NCBI GenBank assembly: GCA_963676105.1
Contig: OY781039.1
Location: 1,590,001-1,622,000 of the forward strand
Reading direction: 5' to 3'
Length of the DNA stretch: 32,000 nucleotides
Origin: Erysipelotrichaceae bacterium
GTDB lineage: Bacteria; Bacillota_I; Bacilli_A; Erysipelotrichales; Erysipelotrichaceae
Numbering within the stretch: the stretch's first letter is position 1; each line of letters begins with the position of its first letter. Position numbers and translations under genes: made by a program. Positions 9,146 through 17,245 of the stretch are shown here, piece after piece. Below the pieces are notes generated by a model. That model saw nothing but the letters and a program-made list of their open reading frames with translations. It was not told the DNA's origin and did no database searches.

Positions 9146-11545
9146 ATGTTCAAGGATAAATTTGAATTTAAAAGAGACTTTACTCAAAGAGTTATCGAAA
9201 ATTATGGACGTTCAGTAGAACAGTCGCATGTAACAGAACAATATAGTGTTTTAGGTGAAATGGTTAGAGACTATGCTTCTGTTCACTGGAAACAATCAAA
9301 AGAATCAGTCGCAGATTTAGGTGCGAAACAAATGTATTATTTCTCACTTGAGTTTTTGATTGGACGACTACTCACAAACAATATGATGAATCTTGGGATT
9401 TATGATATCGTTCGTGATGGTTTAAAAGAATTAGATATTGATTTAAATCAATTAGAAGACTTAGAAGCAGATGCAGGATTAGGTAATGGGGGTCTAGGAC
9501 GTTTAGCGGCGTGCTTCATGGACTCACTCGCATCACTGTCTTTACCAGGTCATGGGAACTGTATTCGTTATGAATATGGTTTATTTAAACAAAAGATTAT
9601 TAATGGTTATCAAGTTGAAGTCCCTGATCAATGGTTAAGATTGGGTAATGTATGGGAAGTACGTAAACCAAAACATGCGGTCGATATTAAATATTGGGGT
9701 CGCATTGAAATGAAAAAAGATAAAAAAGGTAACACAGTTTTTGAACATGTAGATGCAGAACATGTTTTAGCGGTTCCTTATGATATGCCAATTGTTGGTA
9801 AATCTACGGATGTGACAAATACACTTAGACTTTGGTCAGCTGAGGCAAGTGAACTACTACCAAAGAATAAAGACTTTAGACAATATATCTCTGAAGTGCG
9901 TGAGATTTGTCAAAATGTTTATCCTGATGATTCGACTGAAAGTGGTAAATATTTACGTCTTAAACAACAATACTTTTTTGTTTCAGCTGGTTTAAATGCG
10001 ATTATTAAAGCTCACTTACGTGTTTATCCAAATTTGGATAATTTAGCGGATAAGATTGCGATTCAATTAAATGACACGCATCCAATTTTGGCAATCCCAG
10101 AACTAATGAGAGTACTCATGGATGTATACGCTTATGATTGGGAAGCTGCTTGGAAGATTACAAATAAAACAATTGCTTATACAAATCATACTGTTATGGC
10201 TGAAGCATTAGAAAAATGGCCAAGTGAATACGTACGTAATCTATTGCCACGTATCAATATGATTATTGAAGAAATCAATCGTCGTTTCTTAGTCGAAGTT
10301 AAAGAAAAATTTCCAAATGATGAAGGTTTGGCAGAACGTGTATCTATTATCAAAGATGGTCAAATTCATATGGCAAACTTAGGTATTGTTTCTTCATTTT
10401 CTGTTAATGGAGTTGCGAAGTTACATACTGAAATCTTAAAGACAGATGTCATGAAAGATTTCTATAAGGTTTTCTCCAAGAAATTTAATAATAAAACAAA
10501 CGGAATTACACATCGTCGTTGGTTAGTTTATTCAAATCCTGAATTAACGGACTTACTTTATAAGACAATCGGCGAAGACTTTGTTTATCAACCATCTAAA
10601 CTTGAAGACTTAATGAAACACGTTGATAAGAAGAAACTTCAAAAAGACTTCTTAGCGGTTAAGGCTAAACGTAAGAAGATTTTAGCGGCTGAGATTAAAG
10701 AGTTAACTGGAATTACAGTTGATCCTAAATCGATTTTTGATGTACAGGCTAAACGTCTACATGCGTATAAGCGTCAACTCTTAAATGTGATGCATATTAT
10801 TCATCTCTATCAAAAATTTAAAGAAGATGAATCATTCACCATTACTCCACGTACCTTTATCTTTGCGGCAAAGGCTGCGCCTGCTTATTATTTTGCGAAG
10901 AAAGTTATTAAACTCATTCACTCTGTTGGTGAAGTGGTAAATAATGATCCACGTATTTCAAAATATATAAAGGTGGTATTCTTACCTAACTATAAAGTAT
11001 CTATCGCAGAAGTCTTAATGAATGCGGCTGATGTATCTGAACAAATCTCTACTGCTGGTAAAGAAGCCAGTGGTACAGGTAATATGAAGTTCATGATGAA
11101 TGGTGCTCTAACTTTAGGGACTTTAGATGGTGCGAATGTTGAGATTGATGAACATGTCGGTCGTGAAAATGATGTCATCTTTGGTTTAGAAGTCGATGAT
11201 ATCGAGAAACTTAAAGAAGAAGGCTATGATGCTTGGGAATATTATTCAAATAATGAAGATCTCAAAAAAGTGGTTGATAGCTTGATTGATGGTACCTTTG
11301 GTCCGAAAGAAGAGTTCAAACCAATTCATGATGAACTCATGTTTAGAAACGATGAATACTTCTTACTCGCTGATTTTAAAGCGTATGTTGAAGCTCAAAA
11401 AGAAGTTGAAAAACTTTATAACGATAAAGACTATTGGGCAAAGATGTGTTTAATCAATATTGCACAATCAGGTTTCTTCTCATCTGATCGAACAATTAGT
11501 CAATATGCTGAAGAAATTTGGAATATTAAGCCAATTGAAGTCTAA
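9146..11545 (+). CDS. glgP: Glycogen/maltodextrin phosphorylase (GT35)
   Basis: 799 aa. Has the pyridoxal-phosphate lysine motif EASGTGNMKFMMNGALTLGTLDGANVE plus GLGNGGLGRLAACF and TNHT motifs. Confidence 0.95.
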   Translation: MFKDKFEFKRDFTQRVIENYGRSVEQSHVTEQYSVLGEMVRDYASVHWKQSKESVADLGAKQMYYFSLEFLIGRLLTNNMMNLGIYDIVRDGLKELDIDLNQLEDLEADAGLGNGGLGRLAACFMDSLASLSLPGHGNCIRYEYGLFKQKIINGYQVEVPDQWLRLGNVWEVRKPKHAVDIKYWGRIEMKKDKKGNTVFEHVDAEHVLAVPYDMPIVGKSTDVTNTLRLWSAEASELLPKNKDFRQYISEVREICQNVYPDDSTESGKYLRLKQQYFFVSAGLNAIIKAHLRVYPNLDNLADKIAIQLNDTHPILAIPELMRVLMDVYAYDWEAAWKITNKTIAYTNHTVMAEALEKWPSEYVRNLLPRINMIIEEINRRFLVEVKEKFPNDEGLAERVSIIKDGQIHMANLGIVSSFSVNGVAKLHTEILKTDVMKDFYKVFSKKFNNKTNGITHRRWLVYSNPELTDLLYKTIGEDFVYQPSKLEDLMKHVDKKKLQKDFLAVKAKRKKILAAEIKELTGITVDPKSIFDVQAKRLHAYKRQLLNVMHIIHLYQKFKEDESFTITPRTFIFAAKAAPAYYFAKKVIKLIHSVGEVVNNDPRISKYIKVVFLPNYKVSIAEVLMNAADVSEQISTAGKEASGTGNMKFMMNGALTLGTLDGANVEIDEHVGRENDVIFGLEVDDIEKLKEEGYDAWEYYSNNEDLKKVVDSLIDGTFGPKEEFKPIHDELMFRNDEYFLLADFKAYVEAQKEVEKLYNDKDYWAKMCLINIAQSGFFSSDRTISQYAEEIWNIKPIEV

Positions 11546-11568
11546 GCTGGGATATCCCAGCTTTTTTT
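11544..11568 (+). terminator. Rho-independent terminator after glgP
   Basis: Stem AAGCTGGG / CCCAGCTT, loop atat, then a T run. The stem starts inside the TAA stop codon. Confidence 0.8.
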
Positions 11569-11589
11569 ACGCTATAATAAAAGAGAAAC

Positions 11590-13722
11590 ATGCGAAAAGT
11601 CGAAAAATTTGAAGCACATTTAGATGATTACAAGAGTATAACGGTCTATTTATCAGAGCGGTTTTATAATGGTCGTAGTGATGCCTTCTACATAAGAGAT
11701 CAAAAAGGTAAACTCACAAAATGTGATATTTTAAATTTTGATCAATGTTTTGGAGGTTATTTCTGTTATACCTTATCTTTAACAATTGATTTAAATATAG
11801 GTGAAGCATATGAACTATTAGAAGAACATGGCTTAAGTACACCGCTTCAATATAGTTTAATCACAAAGACAGATAAGTTTGATGAAACTTTTTTCTACGA
11901 AGGAAGTGACTTAGGTTGCCATCCTAAAGGGGATTCAACAGACTTTGCCTTATGGGCACCAACCGCAACACGAGTAGTTTTAGAAGTCTTTAGAAAAGAT
12001 GCACCAAATGCGTTTGAGTGTGAACGAACAGATAAAGGTGTTTACCGTGTGCATGTTGATGCGAATTTACACGGTATTGGGTATCATTATCATATTCTAG
12101 TCAATGGTAAGTGGAATGTTTCCTCAGATCCAATCGCAAGATCTTCGATTGCGAATAATGGTCATTCAGTCTGTATCGATTATGATCAAGTGAATGTTGA
12201 GAAATCTAACAATAAATTACCTGAAATGAATAGTCCTTTAGATGCGATTATTTATGAGTTGTCTGTGCGTGACTTTACGATGCAGAAAGCATCAAATGTT
12301 AAACATAGAGGTAAGTTTTTGGGTTTATGTGAAAAAGGTACTAGAACCAATAATGGTGTTAGCACAGGTTTAGATCATATTAAAGAACTTGGAATCACGC
12401 ATGTTCAAATTATGCCGATGTTTGATTTTGCGACAGTTGATGAAATCAATGTATCGACTTTCTATAACTGGGGCTATGATCCGCTTCAATATAACGTGCC
12501 TGATGGTAGTTTTTGCACAAAACCACATGAGCCTGTTGAGCGTGTTCGTGAAGCTAAAGAAATGATTCAATCATTCCATAAAGAAGGCATTAGAGTCATT
12601 ATGGATGTGGTTTATAACCATGTCTATGATATGGATTCTAGTCCTTTTGAACTTGTTGTTCCGTATTACTACTTTAGACGATCACATAATGGGGCTTTAT
12701 CAAATGGTTCATTTTGTGGAAATGACTTTGATTCCAATCGATTAATGGCACGCAAATTTATTCTAGATAGCATTGATTGTTGGATGAAACAATATGATGT
12801 GGATGGATTTAGATTTGATTTAATGGGTGTTTTAGATATTGAAACGATGAACCAAGTCGTTAAACAAGCTAAAAAACTAAAACCCGAAGCATTAATTTAC
12901 GGTGAAGGTTGGAATATGCCAACGGCTTTACCTGAAGAGTTGAAAGCAAATAAACTTAATCAATATTTGATGCCAGAAGTCGGCCAGTTTAATGATTTCT
13001 TTAGAGATATCGTAAAGGGTAAAACCAATGCTGAAGAAGTGAATGTTAAAGGTTATTGTACAGGTGACACCAATATGCTTGAAGCGATGAAAGCCTGCAT
13101 GGTTGGTAATAGTTTAGATAAGAGTGATAATCGTCATTTCTTAACGAATACTCAAAGCATTAACTATGTAGAGTGTCATGATAACCATACAGTATGGGAT
13201 AAAATGAAAGAATCCAATCGTGAAGATTCACGTGAAGTTCGTATTAAACGTCAAAAATTAATGATTGGGACAACCTTGCTTTCAATAGGTACGCCATTTC
13301 TTCATAGTGGACAAGAGTTTGCGAGAACGAAAAATGGTGTTCATAACTCTTATCGTAGTCCTGATAATATCAATCAAATTGATTGGGAACGTAAGGAACG
13401 TTTCTTAGAAATTGTTGATTATACAAAAGATCTAATAAAACTTAGAAAGTCTTTACCGATTTTCCATAATGATGATCAAAAACTTGTGGAAGCACATGTC
13501 GATTTTAGAAACTTTGATGGGATGTTGATTACGCATTATGCGTGTCCTAAACTACAGCCTTACCAAGAGATATGGATCTATATAAATCCAAGCAATCAAA
13601 TTTATTCAGAAACATTCGATGAGAAAGTTATGATTATTGCGGATGAATTTGGTTTAGTTGATGGAGAACTGATTAATCATGTGGATATTAATCCTTATAC
13701 ATTAACTGTTTTTGCCAGATAA
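11590..13722 (+). CDS. amyX: Cytoplasmic type I pullulanase / glycogen debranching enzyme (GH13_14, AmyX-like)
   Basis: 710 aa with no signal peptide. Has the type I pullulanase signature YNWGYDP. GH13 regions DVVYNHV, GFRFDLMG, YGEGW and ECHDNHT. A TATAAT at 11573-11578 lies just upstream. Confidence 0.9.
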   Translation: MRKVEKFEAHLDDYKSITVYLSERFYNGRSDAFYIRDQKGKLTKCDILNFDQCFGGYFCYTLSLTIDLNIGEAYELLEEHGLSTPLQYSLITKTDKFDETFFYEGSDLGCHPKGDSTDFALWAPTATRVVLEVFRKDAPNAFECERTDKGVYRVHVDANLHGIGYHYHILVNGKWNVSSDPIARSSIANNGHSVCIDYDQVNVEKSNNKLPEMNSPLDAIIYELSVRDFTMQKASNVKHRGKFLGLCEKGTRTNNGVSTGLDHIKELGITHVQIMPMFDFATVDEINVSTFYNWGYDPLQYNVPDGSFCTKPHEPVERVREAKEMIQSFHKEGIRVIMDVVYNHVYDMDSSPFELVVPYYYFRRSHNGALSNGSFCGNDFDSNRLMARKFILDSIDCWMKQYDVDGFRFDLMGVLDIETMNQVVKQAKKLKPEALIYGEGWNMPTALPEELKANKLNQYLMPEVGQFNDFFRDIVKGKTNAEEVNVKGYCTGDTNMLEAMKACMVGNSLDKSDNRHFLTNTQSINYVECHDNHTVWDKMKESNREDSREVRIKRQKLMIGTTLLSIGTPFLHSGQEFARTKNGVHNSYRSPDNINQIDWERKERFLEIVDYTKDLIKLRKSLPIFHNDDQKLVEAHVDFRNFDGMLITHYACPKLQPYQEIWIYINPSNQIYSETFDEKVMIIADEFGLVDGELINHVDINPYTLTVFAR

Positions 13723-13741
13723 ATGAAAACGCTCACAAAAA

Positions 13742-13759
13742 TGTGGAACCGTTACCACA
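13742..13759. promoter_or_regulatory. Imperfect palindrome with a cre/LacI-type core in the amyX-malL spacer
   Basis: TGTGGAACCGTTACCACA has outer arms TGTGG/CCACA. The core TGGAACCGTTACCA (13744-13757) matches the cre consensus at 12 of 14 positions and keeps the central CG. A -10-like TACAAT follows at 13768-13773. Confidence 0.45.
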
Positions 13760-13800
13760 TTTTGATGTACAATGGGTTTAGTAATAAAAAGAGGTTAACA

Positions 13801-15498
13801 ATGAAACAAGAAAAATGGTGGAAAAGTGCAGTTGGTTATCAAATCTATCCTAGATCATTCTGTGATTCTAATAATGATGGTGTAGGTGATTTACAAGGTA
13901 TTATCAGTAAATTAGATTATTTAGAAAAACTAGGTGTGAATTTAGTTTGGATTAGTCCTTTTTATAAATCACCAATGGATGATAATGGTTATGATGTGAG
14001 TGACTTTTATCAAGTGGATCCTTTATTTGGGAGTATTGATGATGCGAAAGAGTTAATTGAGAAAGCGCATAAAAAGGATATCAAAATTGTTTTAGATTTA
14101 GTTTTAAATCACAGTTCGGATGAACACCCTTGGTTTGTTGAATCACGATCTTCTTTAGATAATCCAAAACGAAACTATTATATTTGGAAAGCTGGTAAAA
14201 AAGATGAAGATGGAAATCTAGTTCCGCCTACCAATTGGGGTTCATTCTTTGAAGGTTCTGCATGGAACTATGATGAAGTAAGTGGTGAATATTACATGAA
14301 GATCTTCTCTGATAAAATGCCAGACTTTAACTGGGATTATAAACCACTTAGAGAAGAATTGTATTCAATGGCTAAGTGGTGGTTGGATTTAGGTGTTGAT
14401 GGCTTTAGAGTGGATGCGATTGCGCATTTAGCACGTGATTTATCCTTTGAAGATTCAACCATGGATTTAAATCAATTTGGGGTAGCCCCTGATTGGTCTA
14501 AGTTTTCAAATCGTGAAGAACTCTTTGATTATATCCACGAATTTCACGATGAAGTACTTTCAAAATATGATTGTATGACAGTTGGTGAAGTGGGTGGTGG
14601 CGCATCAGTTGAAGCAGGTCTAAGATATGCAGGATACGATGCGAAAGCTTTTAATATGGTCTTTAACTTTGATTGTGTATGGCAAAATAATATACAAGAA
14701 GGCAAATATTTAGATGATAGTGAAATAAAAACGAATGTTTTAGGTTTAAAGAAGACACTCGATTTTTGGATTCAAGGGATGAGTGAAAAGGGTTGGATGC
14801 CTCAATATTGGTTGAACCATGATCATCCACGTGTTATGAGTCAATATGGAAATCCAATCAATTATCATAAGGAATCAGGAGCACTTTTAGGTGCCGTTCT
14901 ATTAACATTGCCTGGAACACCATTTATTTATAATGGTGAAGAAATTGGTATGACCAATTGTGACTATGATAGTATTGATGATTTCAACGATGTTTGGGTT
15001 AAAAATCAATATCGTGAAATGATCAAACATGATCCTGAGGATATTGTTTTAAGAGATTTAAGACGTAAATCACGTGATAATGCGCGTACACCAATGCAGT
15101 GGAGTGATGAAGCATATGCTGGGTTTAGTGCGCATGAGCCTGTTCAAAAATGTGTCAGCAATTATCCAGAGATCAATGTTAAGAAACAAGACAATGATCC
15201 AGATTCAATCTTAAATGCTTATCGTACTTTAATTAAGTTAAGAAGAGATTCAAAATATAGCGAGACTTTAGTCTTTGGTGATTTTGAACTTATTCAAGAA
15301 GATCATGAAGATGTGATGGCTTATATTAGAAGTGATAAAAAGAATAGTTTAGTTATCATCGCAAACTTTAGATCTGAAACTGTTGAATTTGAATGCGATG
15401 AAAAAATTAAAGAAATCATTTATACAAATGTACATCGAAGTGATAAAACAATTAAAGCATTAAAACCGTTTGAAGTTATTATTGCGAAGCTAGGATAA
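13801..15498 (+). CDS. malL: Oligo-1,6-glucosidase / alpha-glucosidase (GH13_31)
   Basis: The track ORF starts at 13723. The family-typical N-terminus MKQEKWWKSAVGYQIYPRSF begins at the ATG at 13801, which is preceded by agagg. GH13 regions DLVLNHSS, GFRVDAI, GEVGG and NHDHPR. Confidence 0.88.
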   Translation: MKQEKWWKSAVGYQIYPRSFCDSNNDGVGDLQGIISKLDYLEKLGVNLVWISPFYKSPMDDNGYDVSDFYQVDPLFGSIDDAKELIEKAHKKDIKIVLDLVLNHSSDEHPWFVESRSSLDNPKRNYYIWKAGKKDEDGNLVPPTNWGSFFEGSAWNYDEVSGEYYMKIFSDKMPDFNWDYKPLREELYSMAKWWLDLGVDGFRVDAIAHLARDLSFEDSTMDLNQFGVAPDWSKFSNREELFDYIHEFHDEVLSKYDCMTVGEVGGGASVEAGLRYAGYDAKAFNMVFNFDCVWQNNIQEGKYLDDSEIKTNVLGLKKTLDFWIQGMSEKGWMPQYWLNHDHPRVMSQYGNPINYHKESGALLGAVLLTLPGTPFIYNGEEIGMTNCDYDSIDDFNDVWVKNQYREMIKHDPEDIVLRDLRRKSRDNARTPMQWSDEAYAGFSAHEPVQKCVSNYPEINVKKQDNDPDSILNAYRTLIKLRRDSKYSETLVFGDFELIQEDHEDVMAYIRSDKKNSLVIIANFRSETVEFECDEKIKEIIYTNVHRSDKTIKALKPFEVIIAKLG

Positions 15499-15501
15499 TA
15501 A

Positions 15502-16050
15502 ATGGGATTAGTTTATATACAAAGTTTAAATGTGAATAACTTGAATACGTTATTGGCTTATTGTCAAAGTATCAATGAAGACGCAATGATTGAATCTAAT
15601 TATTGCGTTTTTGAAGTAGATGCGACTCAACGGATACAATTGAATTTAACCCTACAAACCTTTCAAGAGGATTTAGCTGATGCGCTTATTTGTGTGGAAG
15701 GCTTTAATCATTCAAGTATTATGTCCTGTTCACTAGAACTGGCGAAGCGATATTCATTAGGTAGTTATACTCATATTTCAGAACTATTATTAGATTCAAT
15801 GAATCAAGGTGATAGATGTTTATTAGAAAAGTTAAATGATTTGTTTTCAACATTGAAACCAGAACTCATTGAAACGGCAAAGATGTATTTATTGGCAAGT
15901 GGGAATGCGAAACTTGCGGCTGAATCTTTATACTTACATCGCAATACGTTTAACTATCGTATGACTAAATTCAAAGAGAAAAGTGAGCTTAATATAACTG
16001 ATCAAGCATCCGCATTTTTCTTTCAACTGTGGTTAGATTTTCAGAAATAA
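15502..16050 (+). CDS. Small PucR/CdaR-type helix-turn-helix transcriptional regulator (putative)
   Basis: 182 aa. The C-terminal AKLAAESLYLHRNTFNYRMTKFKEKSELNITD matches the PucR C-terminal HTH pattern (hHRNTl.YRl.ki.e). I do not recognise the N-terminal ~120 aa. Confidence 0.6.
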   Translation: MGLVYIQSLNVNNLNTLLAYCQSINEDAMIESNYCVFEVDATQRIQLNLTLQTFQEDLADALICVEGFNHSSIMSCSLELAKRYSLGSYTHISELLLDSMNQGDRCLLEKLNDLFSTLKPELIETAKMYLLASGNAKLAAESLYLHRNTFNYRMTKFKEKSELNITDQASAFFFQLWLDFQK

Positions 16051-16068
16051 GATTTGTGCACCACGCAC

Positions 16069-16094
16069 ATATCATGAAAGCCCATTCATGATAT
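16069..16094. promoter_or_regulatory. Perfect 10-bp inverted repeat upstream of msmK (candidate operator)
   Basis: ATATCATGAA-agccca-TTCATGATAT, followed by a further half-copy, ATCATGAT. A second small palindrome, TGTGCaccacGCACA, lies just upstream at 16055-16069. Confidence 0.4.
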
Positions 16095-16116
16095 CATGAT
16101 TTCGAGGTAAATAACT

Positions 16117-17208
16117 ATGGCAACATTACAACTAAAAAATATCGACAAAATTTATGATAATAATGTCCAAGCAGTATTTGATTTTAATTTAGAAATTAAG
16201 GATAAAGAGTTTATCGTACTCGTTGGTCCTTCAGGCTGTGGTAAATCAACAACTTTACGTATGATTGCAGGACTTGAAGACATCAGTGGCGGTGAACTTT
16301 ATATCAATGATGAATTGGCAAATAATAAAGCGCCAAAGGATCGTGACATAGCAATGGTTTTCCAATCCTATGCACTTTATCCACATATGACAGTTTTTGA
16401 AAACATGGCTTTTGGTTTAAAACTTAAGAAAATGCCAAAAGATGAAATTAAGAAACGTGTTGAAGAAGCGGCAAAAATTTTAGAAATCGATCAATACTTA
16501 GATCGTAAACCTAAAGCGCTATCTGGAGGTCAGCGTCAACGTGTTGCGTTAGGCCGTGCGATCGTGCGTAATGCATCCGTATTCTTAATGGATGAACCAC
16601 TATCAAACTTAGATGCAAAATTACGTGTACAAATGCGTTCTGAAATTATTAAACTTCATGAACGTTTAGAAGCTACAACTGTGTATGTTACCCATGACCA
16701 AACAGAAGCGATGACCATGGCAAGTCGTATTGTCATTATGAAATCTGGTTATATTCAACAAGTGGGAACGCCTAAAGAAGTTTATAACAATCCTGCCAAT
16801 ATGTTTGTGGCAAACTTCATTGGTGCGCCAGCTATGAACTTTATCAATGGTAAGTATGAAAACAAACGAATTACGGTTGGAGACAAATCATTCTTTATTC
16901 CTGAAATGTTCCATGGTGATTTAAAAGCTTACGATGGAAAAGATATTGTTTTAGGTATTCGCCCTGAAGATATTCACTATGAAAATATCGTAGCGGAGAC
17001 ATTCCCTGAAGCACCATTTGATTTCAATATCGAAGTATCTGAACTATTAGGTCATGAATTTATCCTTCATGGTAAATTTATGGGACAACCGATCTTAGCT
17101 AAAGTCGCATCACGTGTAGATGTTCATGCACATGAAACGATTAAGTTATCTATGGATGTCACGAAGTTACATTTCTTTGATCCAGAAACAACTAATACAA
17201 TCGTTTAA
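16117..17208 (+). CDS. msmK: Multiple-sugar ABC transporter ATP-binding protein (MsmK/MsmX/MalK family)
   Basis: 363 aa. Walker A GPSGCGKST, Q-loop, ABC signature LSGGQRQRVALGRA, Walker B FLMDEPLSNLD, H-loop VTHDQ, and a MalK-type C-terminal regulatory (TOBE) domain. No permease gene is adjacent. Confidence 0.92.
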   Translation: MATLQLKNIDKIYDNNVQAVFDFNLEIKDKEFIVLVGPSGCGKSTTLRMIAGLEDISGGELYINDELANNKAPKDRDIAMVFQSYALYPHMTVFENMAFGLKLKKMPKDEIKKRVEEAAKILEIDQYLDRKPKALSGGQRQRVALGRAIVRNASVFLMDEPLSNLDAKLRVQMRSEIIKLHERLEATTVYVTHDQTEAMTMASRIVIMKSGYIQQVGTPKEVYNNPANMFVANFIGAPAMNFINGKYENKRITVGDKSFFIPEMFHGDLKAYDGKDIVLGIRPEDIHYENIVAETFPEAPFDFNIEVSELLGHEFILHGKFMGQPILAKVASRVDVHAHETIKLSMDVTKLHFFDPETTNTIV

Positions 17209-17231
17209 ACCCAAGTTATCTTGGGTTTTTT
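17208..17231 (+). terminator. Rho-independent terminator after msmK
   Basis: Stem AACCCAAG / CTTGGGTT, loop ttat, then a T run. The SD (aaggaga, 17232-17238) of the next gene follows immediately. Confidence 0.8.
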
Positions 17232-17245
17232 AAGGAGATACAATA

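Noticed and set aside
9030-9218. 62-aa plus-strand ORF bridging the glgB end and the glgP start
   Set aside because: It spans a stop codon, the intergenic promoter and SD, and the first codons of glgP in another frame. The glgP SD and ATG explain this region.
10990-12570. Antisense ORFs 10990..11178 and 12370..12570
   Set aside because: They are shadow ORFs inside glgP and the pullulanase gene, with no independent support.
13723-13800. 26-aa N-terminal extension of the oligo-1,6-glucosidase (track start at 13723)
   Set aside because: The extension (MKTLTKMWNRYHILMYNGFSNKKRLT) precedes the family-typical N-terminus, lacks an SD, and contains a palindrome and a -10-like hexamer. I treat it as regulatory DNA with the true start at 13801.
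16076-16089. TGAAAGCCCATTCA as a fourth cre site
   Set aside because: It matches only 12 of 14 positions and lacks the invariant central CG of cre/LacI-family operators. I interpret it as part of the longer 10-bp inverted repeat, which may be bound by a different factor.
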